Origin: Vicugna vicugna
Lineage: Eukaryota
Assembly: GCA_013265495.1 (NCBI GenBank)
Contig: MU058781.1
Span: 11,825,009-11,889,008, forward strand
Direction of reading: 5' to 3'
DNA length: 64,000 nt
A model generated the notes under the pieces. The model was not told where the DNA came from. It saw nothing but the letters and a program-made list of their open reading frames with translations, and ran no database searches. Below, one piece after another: positions 48,439 to 60,826 of the stretch (positions are counted from its first letter, which is position 1; each line of letters starts with the position of its first letter). The position numbers were made by a program, and so were the translations under genes.

Positions 48439-49438
48439 TTTTTCAACACAAAGATGTTGGTGTTGATGAGTAGGTTGATCTCGTGTGAGAAGGGGGTTCC
48501 CTGGTGAGTTACCCTAGCTGTGGATGCCATAAAGGCGGGAGCCATTGTGTCCCCAGTACCCAGCATGGCCCCGTGGACCTTAGTAAACATTTGAGGAGTG
48601 AATGTCCCCTTTACATCTACCAGTAGGACCCTTTCCACATAAGTTATCAGTGGAGAAAAGGTAGAAAGTTGTCTTATTCATCCTAAAAGCTACAGAGGAA
48701 AATGCCAGATACAGTGAAGCTGCATTCAACCTTATTTAACTTCTTCCTCAGTTCACCTGGGCGCTCCCTTTGAGTTGCTCAGCCATCAGAACCTTCTGTT
48801 TTCCACGATCTTGGAAACTTTCCTTTACTAACCCAGTCTGCACATTATAATGATTTGGGAAAAATGCTGCCTCCATCCCATAGTGGTCTGTTCTTTGATC
48901 CCACTGGATTTAGACGGGAGTTACCTGACTGATAGTCTCAGGCTGAAGCTCTCTAAAGAGCAGACTCTGTTAAGCTTGGGTCACTTATTGTTATCATGTA
49001 AGCACCATTTTTATGTCTCTCTCTACCCCTCCTTATCAAGATCCAGGTAGTTCTCACAGGACTGTTTGCTAACTGCTAAGTTGGGATTCCATCTTTTAAT
49101 AGATCACCATCCCACCCGGTCCAAGGCCCCATCTCTTTGGCTAGGTTGCTTCATTCAGCTTCAAAGACAACATGATGATTTATGGTCCACAGGTACTGAG
49201 GGAGGAGGCTCAGGGAAGAGCAAGAGTTGGGATGGTTGGATGAATTCTGTTCCCCCAGGAACACCCCTTTCCACTCTCCCTTTGGTGTTTTGCAAATATT
49301 CCAGGTAATTCCACCTTCATCTGGAAGGTTTCTCTCACTGTGACCTGCCTGCTGGATAGGGAGCTCTTGAAGTCCAACAGATGGAACAGAGGAATAAAAA
49401 TCTATTAGGTAGATGGACAGGATAAAAAAGGGATGTCT

Positions 49439-49553
49439 CTGTATGTATAACTGAATTGCTTTGCTATACGTGTAAAACTAACATTGTAAATCAACTACAC
49501 TTCAATAAAAAATAAGAATTTAAAAAATTTTAAAAACAAATGAAAACAACAAC
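49439..49553 (+). mobile_element. Very short L1 3' end with A-rich tail
   Basis: aacattgtaaatcaactacacttcaataaaa. Perfect 13-bp TSD aaaagggatgtct (49426-49438, 49554-49566). Confidence 0.9.
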
Positions 49554-50554
49554 AAAAGGGATGTCTGACCTGGATCAACATGTGGGAAAGTACTGGTAGA
49601 AAGGGAAAGAAGGGGTGAAAAAATGTGGACTAAAATGTATTCCTAAAGCTTGGTCAGTTCTCTTAGTTGAAGCTCACCTGGAGGAATTTGTGAATGGTTG
49701 GTGAAGATTTTTGAAAATTAAAGTAGTTCGAGGTTATTTTTTTTGCAGTTTTTGTGACAGCTCAGTTTGTGGCTAGTCACTCGATTCTACACCTTTGGGG
49801 ACCCGGACTGTTGCATTAATCTTCACGTCTCTTCTCTGCAAAGCACTGTTTGCTTATCTGTTTGTTTTCCTCTTGGCTATAGTTTTCACATATAAATGAT
49901 CAAGTGACAAGGGGTTAAAAGATGATTCAGGATTTAGGATACTTTGCTTTTCAAGCTCAGAGTAGAAAGATGGAGGGGTAGTGATCAGTTGTGGCAGAAG
50001 GAAAAGAGGCACAGAGGAAAGAGAAGACATGTGTCTGGCTGGCATCCCGCGTCAGCAGTGGGGGAGCCCATGGCTCAGAGAATAGTCCAGCTAATCACGA
50101 ATCATGGACGTTCACCTCATTTAATGCCCTCCGAGGGGGCTGGCCTGTAGGAATGCCTTCTCCTGTCTGCAGATGCCACAGAGGGGAGCAAACTCCATGC
50201 TGGGGAATGTGGAGGAGACATGGGCCACCCCTGGAGGGAGACCCTCTTGCTTCACTCCAGAGCCTGATCAGCATCATGGCATCCCTAGTGCAAGGTTCTG
50301 ATTATGTTGAAGAGTCTCACATTTTCCTTTTTTTGTCTCAAAACCCATATCTGTTGATAGAGGCACTCAGAGCAAAGCTCTCAGATAAACACTGGTCAGA
50401 AGAATGCACTGGTCGGAAGAAAATGAGAAGTAAATTTCTAGCGTTGGGAAGTTGCAGTTGATTTTTGCAGGATTAAGCACAGCCCAGCAATCCTAAGGGT
50501 GTTGTTAAGTGTCACAGTTCCTCATATTATATGGGGCTGAATGTATCTCGCTCT

Positions 50555-50900
50555 TCATTTATTCAACAAACATTTGAGTGTACTGTAAGCCAAGGATTTT
50601 CTAGGAAGCAAGAATACAGCAGCACACAAAACAAGTCACTGATCCTTACATTCTAGTGGGGGAGAGGGACAGTGGATGCTCAGATAAACGTGTGATAAGA
50701 TATCTGGTGGTAGAGACGGAAGGATAAAGGGCCACAGTGGGGTGAAGGGGATGCTGTTTGGGGGTTGGAAAAGTTTAGGTCATGGAGTAGAGAACTCTGC
50801 AGGGAGGGTTAAGACGTTCCAGGTGAGGGCACGGGGTAAATGGAGGCTGCAAAGTGGATGTGTGCTTGGCCTGATCAGGGATGTGCATGGGAACCCCAGG
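50555..50900 (-). mobile_element. L2 3' fragment
   Basis: ttcatttattcaacaaacatttgagtg...cttacattctagtggggga. Confidence 0.7.
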
Positions 50901-51231
50901 AAGGCCACTGGGGCTGAGGGGAGGAGTAAGGGGAGGGGCAAGAGGGGCACGAGGCGGGGCAGGGGGCTGAGGGGAGGGGTGCCCAGGGGCCAGGTGGCCA
51001 GCTGGGTCCTTGCTGGCCCTTTCTGTGCCAGATGGTCTCCTCTTGGCTTGCTTTGGAGCCTGACGCCTGTTGTGGCAACATTAGTCTAGCATGATAAATA
51101 TTAGTGGGAAAATAGGAATTTCTGCATAAGATTTACTTTTCTGGAAACTGAAAGATTCCTGCTTAGGCCTCAGTTGTTGGTGGGGAGGGGGTAGATAAAA
51201 GTCTCCTTCCTCAGTTATATTCATTCTTCTT

Positions 51232-51670
51232 TTTTAAAATTGTGATGGAAACCCCCCTTACCTAACGTACAGTTTACTGTCTGTACCATTTTGTAGTGTG
51301 TAGTACAGTAATGTTAACTGTATGCACTTTGCTGTGCAGCACATCTAAAGAACTTTCTCATCCTGCAAAACTGAAACTTTCAACCCACTGAATAGCAAGT
51401 TCCCTTTTCCCTGTCTCCTCTGTCCCTGGCAACCACCATTCTGCTTTCTGTTTCTAAGAGTTTGATTACTTGAGATACTGCATAGAGTGGACTCATGGAG
51501 TGTTTGTCTTTTGGAGCCTGGCTTATTTCACTTAGTGTCAGGTCCTTAAGGTTCATCTCTGTTGTTGCGTATGGCGGGAGCTCCTTTTTAAAGGCTGTAT
51601 ACTATTCCACTGTGTGAATATACACCCACTGGTGGATGTTGGGGTTGCTTCTGCCTCTTGACTATTGTTA
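51232..51670 (-). mobile_element. L1MA/L1MB-like 3' end
   Basis: catcctgcaaaactgaaact...ccctggcaaccaccattctgctttctgtttct...ctggcttatttcacttag. Confidence 0.85.
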
Positions 51671-52356
51671 TTTTCTTCTGAACCCTTCTTGTGGCAGGCA
51701 CTGGGATGGGAAAAGAAAACAGTCTGGATCTGACCCTCAAAGATTTTACAGTATTGTCAAGGAGAAAGCAAGGAAATTAACTAATTCCATGGAGTCCAGA
51801 AAGAGCTATGTTGGTGGTTTGCCCAGGGAGGGGCATGTGGTCCACATCTGTGACACCAAACCAAGTGTTGAGGGGAAACTGGGATTAGATTAGGATGAGG
51901 TGGTTCTTGAAGGGCTTGCTCTGCAAGGAGGCTTGATCTGAGGGGAAACAGATTTGGTTACAGAATTGCAGCAGGAGAGCCTGGGCCGTGGTGAGAAATG
52001 CAGCCGGAAGCAGAAGCAGCTGCCAGAAAAAGCAGATCAAGAAGGTTCTCCTGTGCCACACTACGGAGTATAGAATTTTTTAGGGGGGGCCACACTGGGA
52101 GGTGTTGGGGGTTTGTGAGCAGAAAAGTGGTAACAGAATTTCTTTTCAGGAGTATTCCAGTGGCAGTGTGATTCCAGAATGTTGCTGTGAATGCCCACGA
52201 TATATTCTTTTACTTACTCCTTGCTCAACAAAGATTTGCTTAATGAGCAAGCATGGAGCAGGCCTTTCATCAGGGATTGGGGAAAAGCAGGCACTGTTTG
52301 GAGGGTGAAGGGTACAGGTTCCTTTGAGCTTTGTGTTCACTTGCTTGGTTTATTAT

Positions 52357-52443
52357 TTATTTAATAATGATTATTTTTTAATGGAGGTACTGAGGGTTGA
52401 ACCCAGGACCTTGTGTATACTGAGCATGTGGTCTACCCCCCAG
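52357..52443 (-). mobile_element. tRNA-Ala-derived SINE (Vic-1-like) with A-box region deleted
   Basis: atggaggtactgagggttgaacccaggacc...tctacc|cccc. Degenerate TSD ttgcttggtttatta / ttgcctgatttatta. Confidence 0.8.
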
Positions 52444-52949
52444 TTTGCCTGATTTATTACCATGAGCATCTGTGTGGACCAGCTCCCCGTGCAGGGCCCT
52501 GAGATGAGGTTTCCATCATCCATGCGGTGGAGAATTCGTTGAAACTTGACTATTTGCCATTATGTGAGGCAGGAATATATAGCGTATGAAAGGGTGTTGA
52601 CATATTGTCATATACCATGAGCTGTTTCATCTGGGAGCATTTGTAAAAGTGTCATCTGGTGTGAAGGTTAATATTTAGCTATCTTAAAAAAAAAAACAAG
52701 TACTGGAAAAGACAATCTACTTCCAGATTTCAGGGTTCTGCTGTCGGTCTGTTTTTGTGGAAATGATTTATGTTCAGATTTTTTTTTTTCCCTCATGGAT
52801 CTCATATGGTATTGTTTTGACTTGTTTGGAAGATAATGTACTTGTCTTAAAGAGATTGATTCAGATCATCTGGAAGGTTGTTTGATGATTTTAGCTAGAA
52901 ATTTGAAGTCATTGCCTTCTCTTGTTTCAAGGTTTGGTATTTATTCTTT

Positions 52950-54340
52950 CATTTGTTCACCTATTTATACAATAGAAACTTATTCAGTATGTACTATATA
53001 TATAGCAGGCACTATGCTGGGTATACGGCAAATATGACAGATAAGGCTTAAGTAGCCATCTAAGCAGTGGGGCAGACAAACAAGTAAATATATTTATACA
53101 CAGTAATTGTGGCCAAGCTGAAACTGTCAAAAAGGGTATAATGATAGGGAATTTGAAGTTGGATGGGGGCTATGTAGGGTAGTTAGATGAGACATTTTTG
53201 AGGTGGTGACATTTAAGGTAATGCCTGAAGGAAAAGAGATGACAGTCATGTGAAGAGTGAGGGGAAAGGCTTTTAGGCAGATTCAGCAGAATGTGCAAAG
53301 GCCCTGAGGAAGCTTATGTTTTTAGGGGAGCTGAACAGACTCTGAAGCTAGAGCACAGTGGATCAAAGAAGTCCTGCTGGACCACATACACTGTGGTGAC
53401 TAAGGAGGGTGGATTTTATTTTTGAATAACACAATCTGATATGTTTAAAATGATTACTGAGGCATCTTAAGTAGAGAATAAATTAGAGGGAGGTGAGACG
53501 GTGGGAAGACCAGTAATTTGGGTGTTCCTGTGTAGTGGAGCTGAGCAATGATGACTTGGTCTAGGGCAATGGTTCTTAAAGCATGTTTCCAGCATCCGCA
53601 GAAGCAGAATCACCTGGGAACTTATTAGTAATGTAGATTCTCAGCCTTATCGCAGACCTACTGAATCAGAACTTGGGGACAGGGGGCGGGGAGGGGCGTG
53701 GGACCCAGCAATCTCTTTTAACAAGCCCTCTAGACAATCTGATGTCCAGGAAGTTTGAGAACCACTGGTCTCAGAATGGCTGGAGGAGGTGGTGAGAGGT
53801 GGGCAGATTCAGGATATGTTTGGAATATAGAAATGACAGAACTTGTGTATGAAAGTTGAGGAAAAAGGAGAAATCAGTGATGAATTTGAGAGACCAGGCA
53901 GGTAGGGACCTTATTTAATGTGGTGATAGAGACTGGTGGGGGTGGGGAAAGGACATAACTTCCAAACACATTGAGTTTGGGATGCCTTTGAGACGTCCAA
54001 GTGAGGATGTTGAGTGTTGGTGGCAATATGAGCTTGCAGCCCGGAAGAAAGTTATAATTTCAAGAAAGATGTCGGGGACCTGCCTGTGTACAACAGAGCA
54101 TTTGAAGCCATTGGAACAGGTGTGATCCCACCTAGGGAGAGAGAGAAAAGGAAAAGTGGAAAAGGACCAAGCCAGGAGGAGCTCAACATTCAGAGGGGTG
54201 TGAGCCAGCAAAGGAACAGTGGGGACAGCCAGTGAGAAGAGAGGAGAACCAGGAAACTGTTTCTTGGGGACTATTTCAAGCAGCGCGGAGTGCTCAACTG
54301 TGCTTAAAGCTTCTGGGAACTTACTCAGAGGAAGTTGAGC
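52950..54340 (-). mobile_element. L2 (long fragment) interrupted by MER5A
   Basis: ttcatttgttcac...caggcactatgctggg...tgaggtggtgacattta...gtgcaaaggccctgag...ttgagtttgggatgcctttgagacgtccaagtg. Confidence 0.8.
53567..53767. mobile_element. MER5A
   Basis: caatggttctta...cagacctactgaatcagaa...tttaacaagccctc...gtttgagaaccactg. Confidence 0.87.
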
Positions 54341-57300
54341 TTTGTAGCACAGGGAATCATTAACTCGGCATTCTAGATGGGTCTTCAGTGAAACTGCAAT
54401 AAAAATTCAAGGATTGACTTGATTTGCACCTGGGACTTGAAATGAGAAGAAACCAGAGAAACACAGCCCCAATTTTCTATTTACTAGTTTTCCAAACAGT
54501 TGAGTTTTCATTGACTTCTCTGGCTCCCCTCCGGCTGCTCCTTGCTGGGTACACACCAACTCTAAATGAGCATTTTGTAGTCCTGAAAAGGGGTAGCATA
54601 TGGGCTGCAACAGCCGGTCATATTTTCTTTTATTACTATATTTAAAACAACATCCAGGATTAAAAAAAAATTTCCTGGCAAGTAGCGAAACAGGCGGCAA
54701 TAAAAATTATTACTGGCTGTTGATATGGGTTACTGTGTGCTTTATGGTGTGTTTTTGAATCCAGCTTCTTGGAATTGACAGATCTTTCATTAATCCATCA
54801 CTGAGCAAATTTATGTTGATGAGTAAGAAGAAGAAAAAGAGATTTATCACTTGCGTATCTCTTCCAGCGTCTGTGTGGTTCTGTCAGTATTTCAGGGTTT
54901 TATACTTTTGACATTTGGGGTCATAAACTATAAAATGTTGGGGGCTTGAGTGGCAGGCAGGGGGCTTGGGGAGAGAAAGGAACCTTTGAGCACGATTTCT
55001 GTTGGAAGCATTGATTTATTATTTCATCTAATCCCCACCGTGAGATAGGTAGGGTCTCCCCATTTGTAGATGAGGAAGTGAGGGAATAAAGAAAACTCCT
55101 GTTTAAAGCCAAGTTTCAGGTGCATTTTTCTTCTGTGCCAAGCTCGTAGGGGCACAGGGTGGGGGAGACGAGTGTGTGTGGACCGGGTTCACAGAATGAG
55201 TAGACCAAGATAAGCCAGAGGTGTCTGAAAGGGATAAAGAACGAATGAGGTCCTTTGAACGAGACTGAACCACAGCAAGGTGCTTAAATCTAGTTTCACT
55301 GACAGGCGCCTCCCCAAACAGAAAGGACCCTGCAGATGCTCAGCGTAGGGCTTGGTCCTTAAAGACCGACCTGGGAATTTTCTAGTTAGTCCTGTGACTC
55401 TTACATTAAAGCAGCTACAGACCAGGAGTTTTTTGGGCATTTCATTAAAAGCTTCCTTTCTACCTTGATGTCATTTCTGTCCCTCTTGTGTGCATGCTTA
55501 TGTACCTTTTCTTTAGAGCTGCAAGGCCTTGTTCCTTTTCTATAGAAGCTTCTCTGAGTTCAGCTGTCACACCCTTTCTCTTCAAGTTCCACTATACGAA
55601 CTTGGGATCATTATTTCTTTCTCTCCCAGACTTACCTAGGGTTACGTGGGCCTTTGGAGCACTTCCTTAGGGACCTCATTTGCCTTCACCTGTCCCCTGG
55701 CTCCTGGTGGCAACAGCAGTTGAGATAATTCAGCTGAAATGTCGGGGGAAACTGTCCTGTAATGAGCTGGACAGAACTCATGTTGGTTAACATGGATGCT
55801 TTATTCCAGCTGTTCTGGAGATGGGGCATCGGGTCTTGGGCTCTACAATTGGTGCCAGTCTTAGGAGGGTCATATGTGTTTCCAGTCACAAAAGATCTTT
55901 CTGTCATGTTGGAGAAGACAAAAGCTGATGAGCATCAGTGGGCCATTTAAGATGACAATGGGTAGCTTAGACCGAAAGCAGATGTCACAAGCTAGTGGCC
56001 TGCAGCCTGTTCCAATGTGCTTTAAATACAGAGTGCTTAAAAAAAAATTGCCAATATTTACCACTTGGGGGATTTTGGTTATAAATCTCGATTTCAGCCG
56101 CTCTTAAGAACTTAGACCTTGGACAGAGATCAGAAGAGCTGGTGACTGAGCCCTTCCGGCTGAGACTGCTCTCCGCCGTGTGCCCCAGTCCCATGCCCTC
56201 GTGTTCTCATTGACCCCGAAGCCCAGTGTTGGCTGCCAGCTGTCGTCGTCCTCAAGGCTGTTGTTTTCCCACGCAGACTCCTTTGCTCTTTTACAAGGCC
56301 CCATGTCACCTTGGCCTCTGTACACATTTGAGTTCCCTGACCTCGTCCTAAGTGATCAGGACATGTTGTGGTTAGAAGTTTGTATTATCTTTGCACGGAA
56401 TGAGAGAAGTCTTCTCTTCTAAGAGGCGTCACTGATGTTCAGATCAACATACGGGTAAGAGGAAGTATGTGTTTAAATGGAACGCAGAAGGGATCTTTTG
56501 GAGACGTTGAACAAGAGATCTGATTACTTCTTCAGTCATATTTAAGTGCAGATCCTTTCTTATTTCAGACAGAATTTTTCAAAGATAATGACAGTATCTT
56601 AGCTATTCTTATTGCACGTGTGTCTTTGGAAAGATAGGACTGGGAAAAACAGGGAGAAGAGAAGTAGGGATATTTTTACTCCAAAGAGTTGTTCAGGCTG
56701 TTGAGTGTAAAAGAAGATATTTGGAAAGTTTCAACTTCTAGTCTGGGCATTAGCTCATTATTATTAATCTAAGTAGACCTTCTTTTATGTGAGTTGTTTA
56801 ATGGTGAACTTGTGAAGAGCATGTGATTCTCTCCAGCGCTGGGGATTCATGGTTAAAATAGTGCAGTTGGGTGCATCGAGGCATGCAGTTGCAGGGCAGG
56901 AAATTGAAAGTGGGGATGAGAGAGGGAAGTCGGAGAAGAGAGTTTCATTCTGGAGTTAGGCACCGCTCCAGTGGTGTTTGCTGGACTGTGACATGTCGGG
57001 CCCTGTGCTGCCCCAGGGGTGTAAGGATCAGTGAGACAAAAAGAACAGGCAGAATCTGCCAGGTGGTCTCAGTAGCACGTGGTAAGAGGTGTGCTGCCCA
57101 CGGTCCTGTGGGATTACTGGCCGGTCCTTGGCTTAGTTCAGAACTAGAGGGATGCTGCCCTGGGAAGCTGATGCCCGAGTGGAGCCTTAAAGGCCAAGGA
57201 AGAGTTAGCCCAGTAGCGTCAAGTGGGAAAAGAATTCAAAGTATGAAGTTTAGTTTGGGGTTAAGTCATGGCCTGCTTTCCAGAAGCTTGTGGGGAGCCC

Positions 57301-57859
57301 AGAAAGAAGGGGAGACACTGGATATATGTTTGGCCACAATGTGGTAGCAGGATTACAGGATGGCAGGGCTGGGGGCTAGGAGACCTTTCTTTCCAGAAAG
57401 CTACCTGGCTAGTCCCTCCCAGAAGAAGCGCCTTTCACTACATTAATTTTTAATGTCTCTCTTTAGCTTTTAGCAGAATTTATTACGAGAAGGCCAGCTT
57501 GAAGGACGTGTCTGAATGTTTTTTGTTAAAAGAATAATCAGTTCACTTTCCTATTCTGTGCTTTATTGAGGACCTGTGAATATTTTTGAATAAATAGCTT
57601 ATATGCTAAATTGCTTTTAGCATTTAGTGCCTGGAAAAATGAACTTTTCTCATTTAAAAACTCACCTGCTTCCTCTTAAAATAATCAATTAATGAAAATA
57701 ATACTGTGTCTCCTTTTTTTGTCTTTGTTGCCAGGAGCCTCAGAGCTAAAATTTTCAGTTACAATGATCATAAAAGCCAAGGTAGTGATTGAACTGGCCA
57801 TCTGCTGTTTTTGTCAGCCCAGCCTTGGAGCCCTTTTCCAGTGTATCCATTTGTTTGCA

Positions 57860-58135
57860 AATATTTATTGAGTGGTGGCCCTTGCCGAGCACTGAGGAGG
57901 TGGAGGTGGGTGGACTGTGGTCCTGGTGTGAGGTGATGGCGGCTGGAGTGAGTGTTGGCAGTCAAGTTGCAGAGAAGTGGATGGCTTCCAAATATAGTTT
58001 CAAGGTAGAATCCAGTGGGTTTGCTGCGGCTTGATAGTGGGGAGCGAGGGAAAAAGAAGAATCAAGGATGACCCCCAGGTTTATTGCAGTATATGGTGGT
58101 GACTTGCTGAGACTGAGAGGAGTAGGCTGGGGGAA
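57860..58135 (-). mobile_element. L2 fragment
   Basis: caaatatttattgagtg...gagaagtggatggcttc...gaatcaaggatgacccccaggttt. Confidence 0.65.
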
Positions 58136-58163
58136 AGGGATGGAGAGCTGGAATACCTATTGT

Positions 58164-58256
58164 GGGGGGAAGGTATAGCTGAGTGGAAGAGCGTGTGCTT
58201 AGCATGCACGAGGTCCTGGGTTCAATCCCCACTACCTCCACTGGAAAAAAAAAAAA
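58164..58256 (+). mobile_element. tRNA-Ala-derived SINE (Vic-1-like)
   Basis: ggtatagctgagtggaagagcgtgtgcttagcatgcacgaggtcctgggttcaatccccactacctcca plus poly(A). Confidence 0.92.
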
Positions 58257-58399
58257 GACCTAGATTGTCTGGAGCTCATGATAAGAGATTATTTTTCTTG
58301 TCCCCTCCCTTTCTTCCACACCTGTCTTACACACACATTTATACACACACACACACGCATGGACACACCTCTTTGAGGGAACTCTCTCTTGCCTACGAA

Positions 58400-58720
58400 A
58401 TAGCCATGTGATTCCAGTGTGGCTTGGCTTCTCCAGTCACAGAAGAAGGCTTGATGCTTCTGTGCCTGCTGGTCCCTTTGCCCTAGTCCCTTGACCACAG
58501 TGATTAGTCCAGGAGGTAGGCATACGACCCAAGCAAGAGTCCTAATTGAGGTCTTTGGAAATACTGCCCTAGAGAGAGGCAGGCTAGGGTATTGCAGTCG
58601 GAGAGACTAGATGGTCTCCACTCAGCTGCCTCTGCCTTGACCCCTTGATACACAAAGGAAGCCCTTCTGAATAGCAGAGGGTGCTGTCCTCGCCCAGAAA
58701 AGCAGAGCTTAGAGAAATCC
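58400..58720. mobile_element. Possible old MLT1 (MaLR) LTR fragment
   Basis: gccatgtgattc...ccttgaccacagtgattagtccagg...gggcatacgacccaagc resembles MLT1K/L. Confidence 0.45.
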
Positions 58721-59460
58721 AGAAAGACCCCTTCCCTGCTGTTTGCTACACTCTTACCTCTTGGCATGCTGAGGTCCCGAGATGTGAAACTAATAGAACT
58801 TTGGTCAAACAAGTTTAAAGAAAGAGGTTTCTTGACAGCAGAATTGGTCAGAGCCTTTCATATGGAACATGCTTTGCCCCTCTTCCAGCGGGGGATTAGT
58901 ACACAGTATTTCCCAAGCTTATTTGACTGGATTTTGAAAAAGAAGTGAAACACCTATAGGTAGCCCATCTTCACAGATGAGGAAACTGAGTCCCTCACAG
59001 GTTAAGATACTTTCTGAGATCATACAAGTCAGGGCTGGTCTGGAAGGTAAATCAGCTTTCCTGTCTTTTCCATTCATTTCACTATCCTGTGCGGGCTTAT
59101 GCTTTTTTCTTTCTATGACGTATAAGAAGGCTTGTCTCTGTGGCTCGTGTGCCGGGGTCTGAATGTCTGTGTGTGTGTGTTTAAATTGCGATTTGCATTG
59201 CAACTTGTAGTTCGGATTCTTCTCCTATTACTCAGGCCTTCTCTATAGGTGGGGTGTTAATCCCCGGAAATCCTGGAAAGCATGCAGTTGTATTGGTTTG
59301 ATTTCATTACAAGGAATGTGTGATAACTCTGGGTTCCTAGCTTTCCATGATAAGGATGTGTGAATTGTAAACATGATATGAGGTCTCTGGAAATTCTATG
59401 TTCTGGCAAGTGAAATAAGCAGTTTCCATTTTGGTGCAATGTCTATGAAAAAAGATATGT

Positions 59461-59537
59461 TTTTTAATTCTTATTTTTTACTGAAGTATAGTCGATTCAC
59501 AATGTTAGTTTCAGATATACAGCAAAGCAACTCAGTT

Positions 59538-59570
<33 letters not shown>

Positions 59571-59677
59571 TTCAGTTTCTTTTTCATTATGGCTTATTCC
59601 AAGAAATTGAATATAGTTCCCTGGGCTATAAACAGTAGCTTCTTGTTATTTATCTATTTTATATATAGTAATGTGTA
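59461..59677 (-). mobile_element. Short 5'-truncated L1 3' end with internal (TACA)n
   Basis: ctgaagtatagtcgattcacaatgtt...tatctattttatatatagta. TSD aaaaagatat. Confidence 0.87.
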
Positions 59678-60449
59678 GAAAAAGATATATTTTTAAAGAG
59701 CGTGGTTGTGCTTTTATTTTTAATCTTCGTGATTTTCCTGAAACTGTGCTTGATGTAGACAGTTGTTTAGAATAAACTAATGAAAGAGAGAAGTAGGGTG
59801 ATGCGTTTTACTGATTCTGACATGTCTCCAGCTGAGAAATGATGGGCAGAGAGTATAGGAGCAGGAGACTTATTGCTCATTTCTAGCCCAATTACCGAGA
59901 ACTGAGCACCTAGTGACCCCGTGGGCTGTCCCAGTCACCTGCTGTGGGGTGGCGGAGTGGCGGGGCCGGGGCTGGAGCTGTGCTCAGTGGATTCAAGTGT
60001 GATGCTTCTTCTGCTGTCTTGTGCTGGCATCTCTATTTTGGTTTAAGATCCTCATCACTCTTCTCCTCAATCGCTTCTCTACTTGCCTCTTTGCTTCCTA
60101 ATTTGCCCCCCTCCCACCCATCCTCTATGTTCCCAGGAGGAAAACCCTTCATCAACACCCCTCATCCCCATAATTTTCAAGTTCTGTTTCCTGGCCCCTG
60201 CCTTTCTTTCCAGCCATGTTTCCTGCCCCTCGTTGAGTACATCTTTCATCCCAGCTTTAGTTGCTTCTTACTCTGTGGATAAGAAGTTTCGTGCCTCCAT
60301 GCTCCTAGGTTGTATCTGCCTGTGACCCGAGTACCTCCCTCCCCACTTCATCTACTTCATCCTTCAGGACTCAGCTCCCATGTGTATTTCTCTAGGAAGC
60401 CTTTCAAGACTCAGCCTTTCCTTGCCCCCCTCCCACCAGCCTGTGAGCA

Positions 60450-60645
60450 ACTTAGTATAACATGATGGTGAGGAGTGTGGACTATATCCCAGATTGTCTG
60501 GGTTCTAACCCCTGCTCTGCCAGCTCCACACTGTGTGACATTGGACAAGTCACTTAAGCTCTGTGTGCTTCAACTCTGTGTTTATCTCCTAGGATTGTTA
60601 TCAGGATAGATGTGTTAGTGCATGTAAATCATCTAGACTTAAGTC
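60450..60645 (+). mobile_element. MIR SINE
   Basis: gagtgtggact...ctgggttctaaccc...ctgtgtgacattggacaagtcacttaagctctgtgtgcttca. Confidence 0.82.
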
Positions 60646-60689
60646 CTACTGATTATTATTTATATTTGCAATCTACTATTATTATTAGC

Positions 60690-60826
60690 CTATTTATGTA
60701 TTTATTTATTTATTGGCTAATTCGGTTATTTATTTAATACTTTTTTAAATGGAGGTACTGGGGATTGAACCCAGGACCTTGTGCATGCTAAACATGCACT
60801 TTACCACTTGAGCTATAACCTTCCCC
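60690..60826 (-). mobile_element. tRNA-Ala-derived SINE (Vic-1-like)
   Basis: atggaggtactggggattgaacccaggaccttgtgcatgcta...gagctata. TSD tattattagc. Confidence 0.9.

Noticed and set aside
55686..57453. Cluster of overlapping ORFs, possible processed pseudogene
   Set aside because: No recognisable protein similarity, poly(A) tail or TSD.
58164..58240. Apparent tRNA-Ala(AGC) genes (here and at nine other sites)
   Set aside because: A-rich tails, TSDs, broken stems and no oligo-T terminator identify them as SINE copies.
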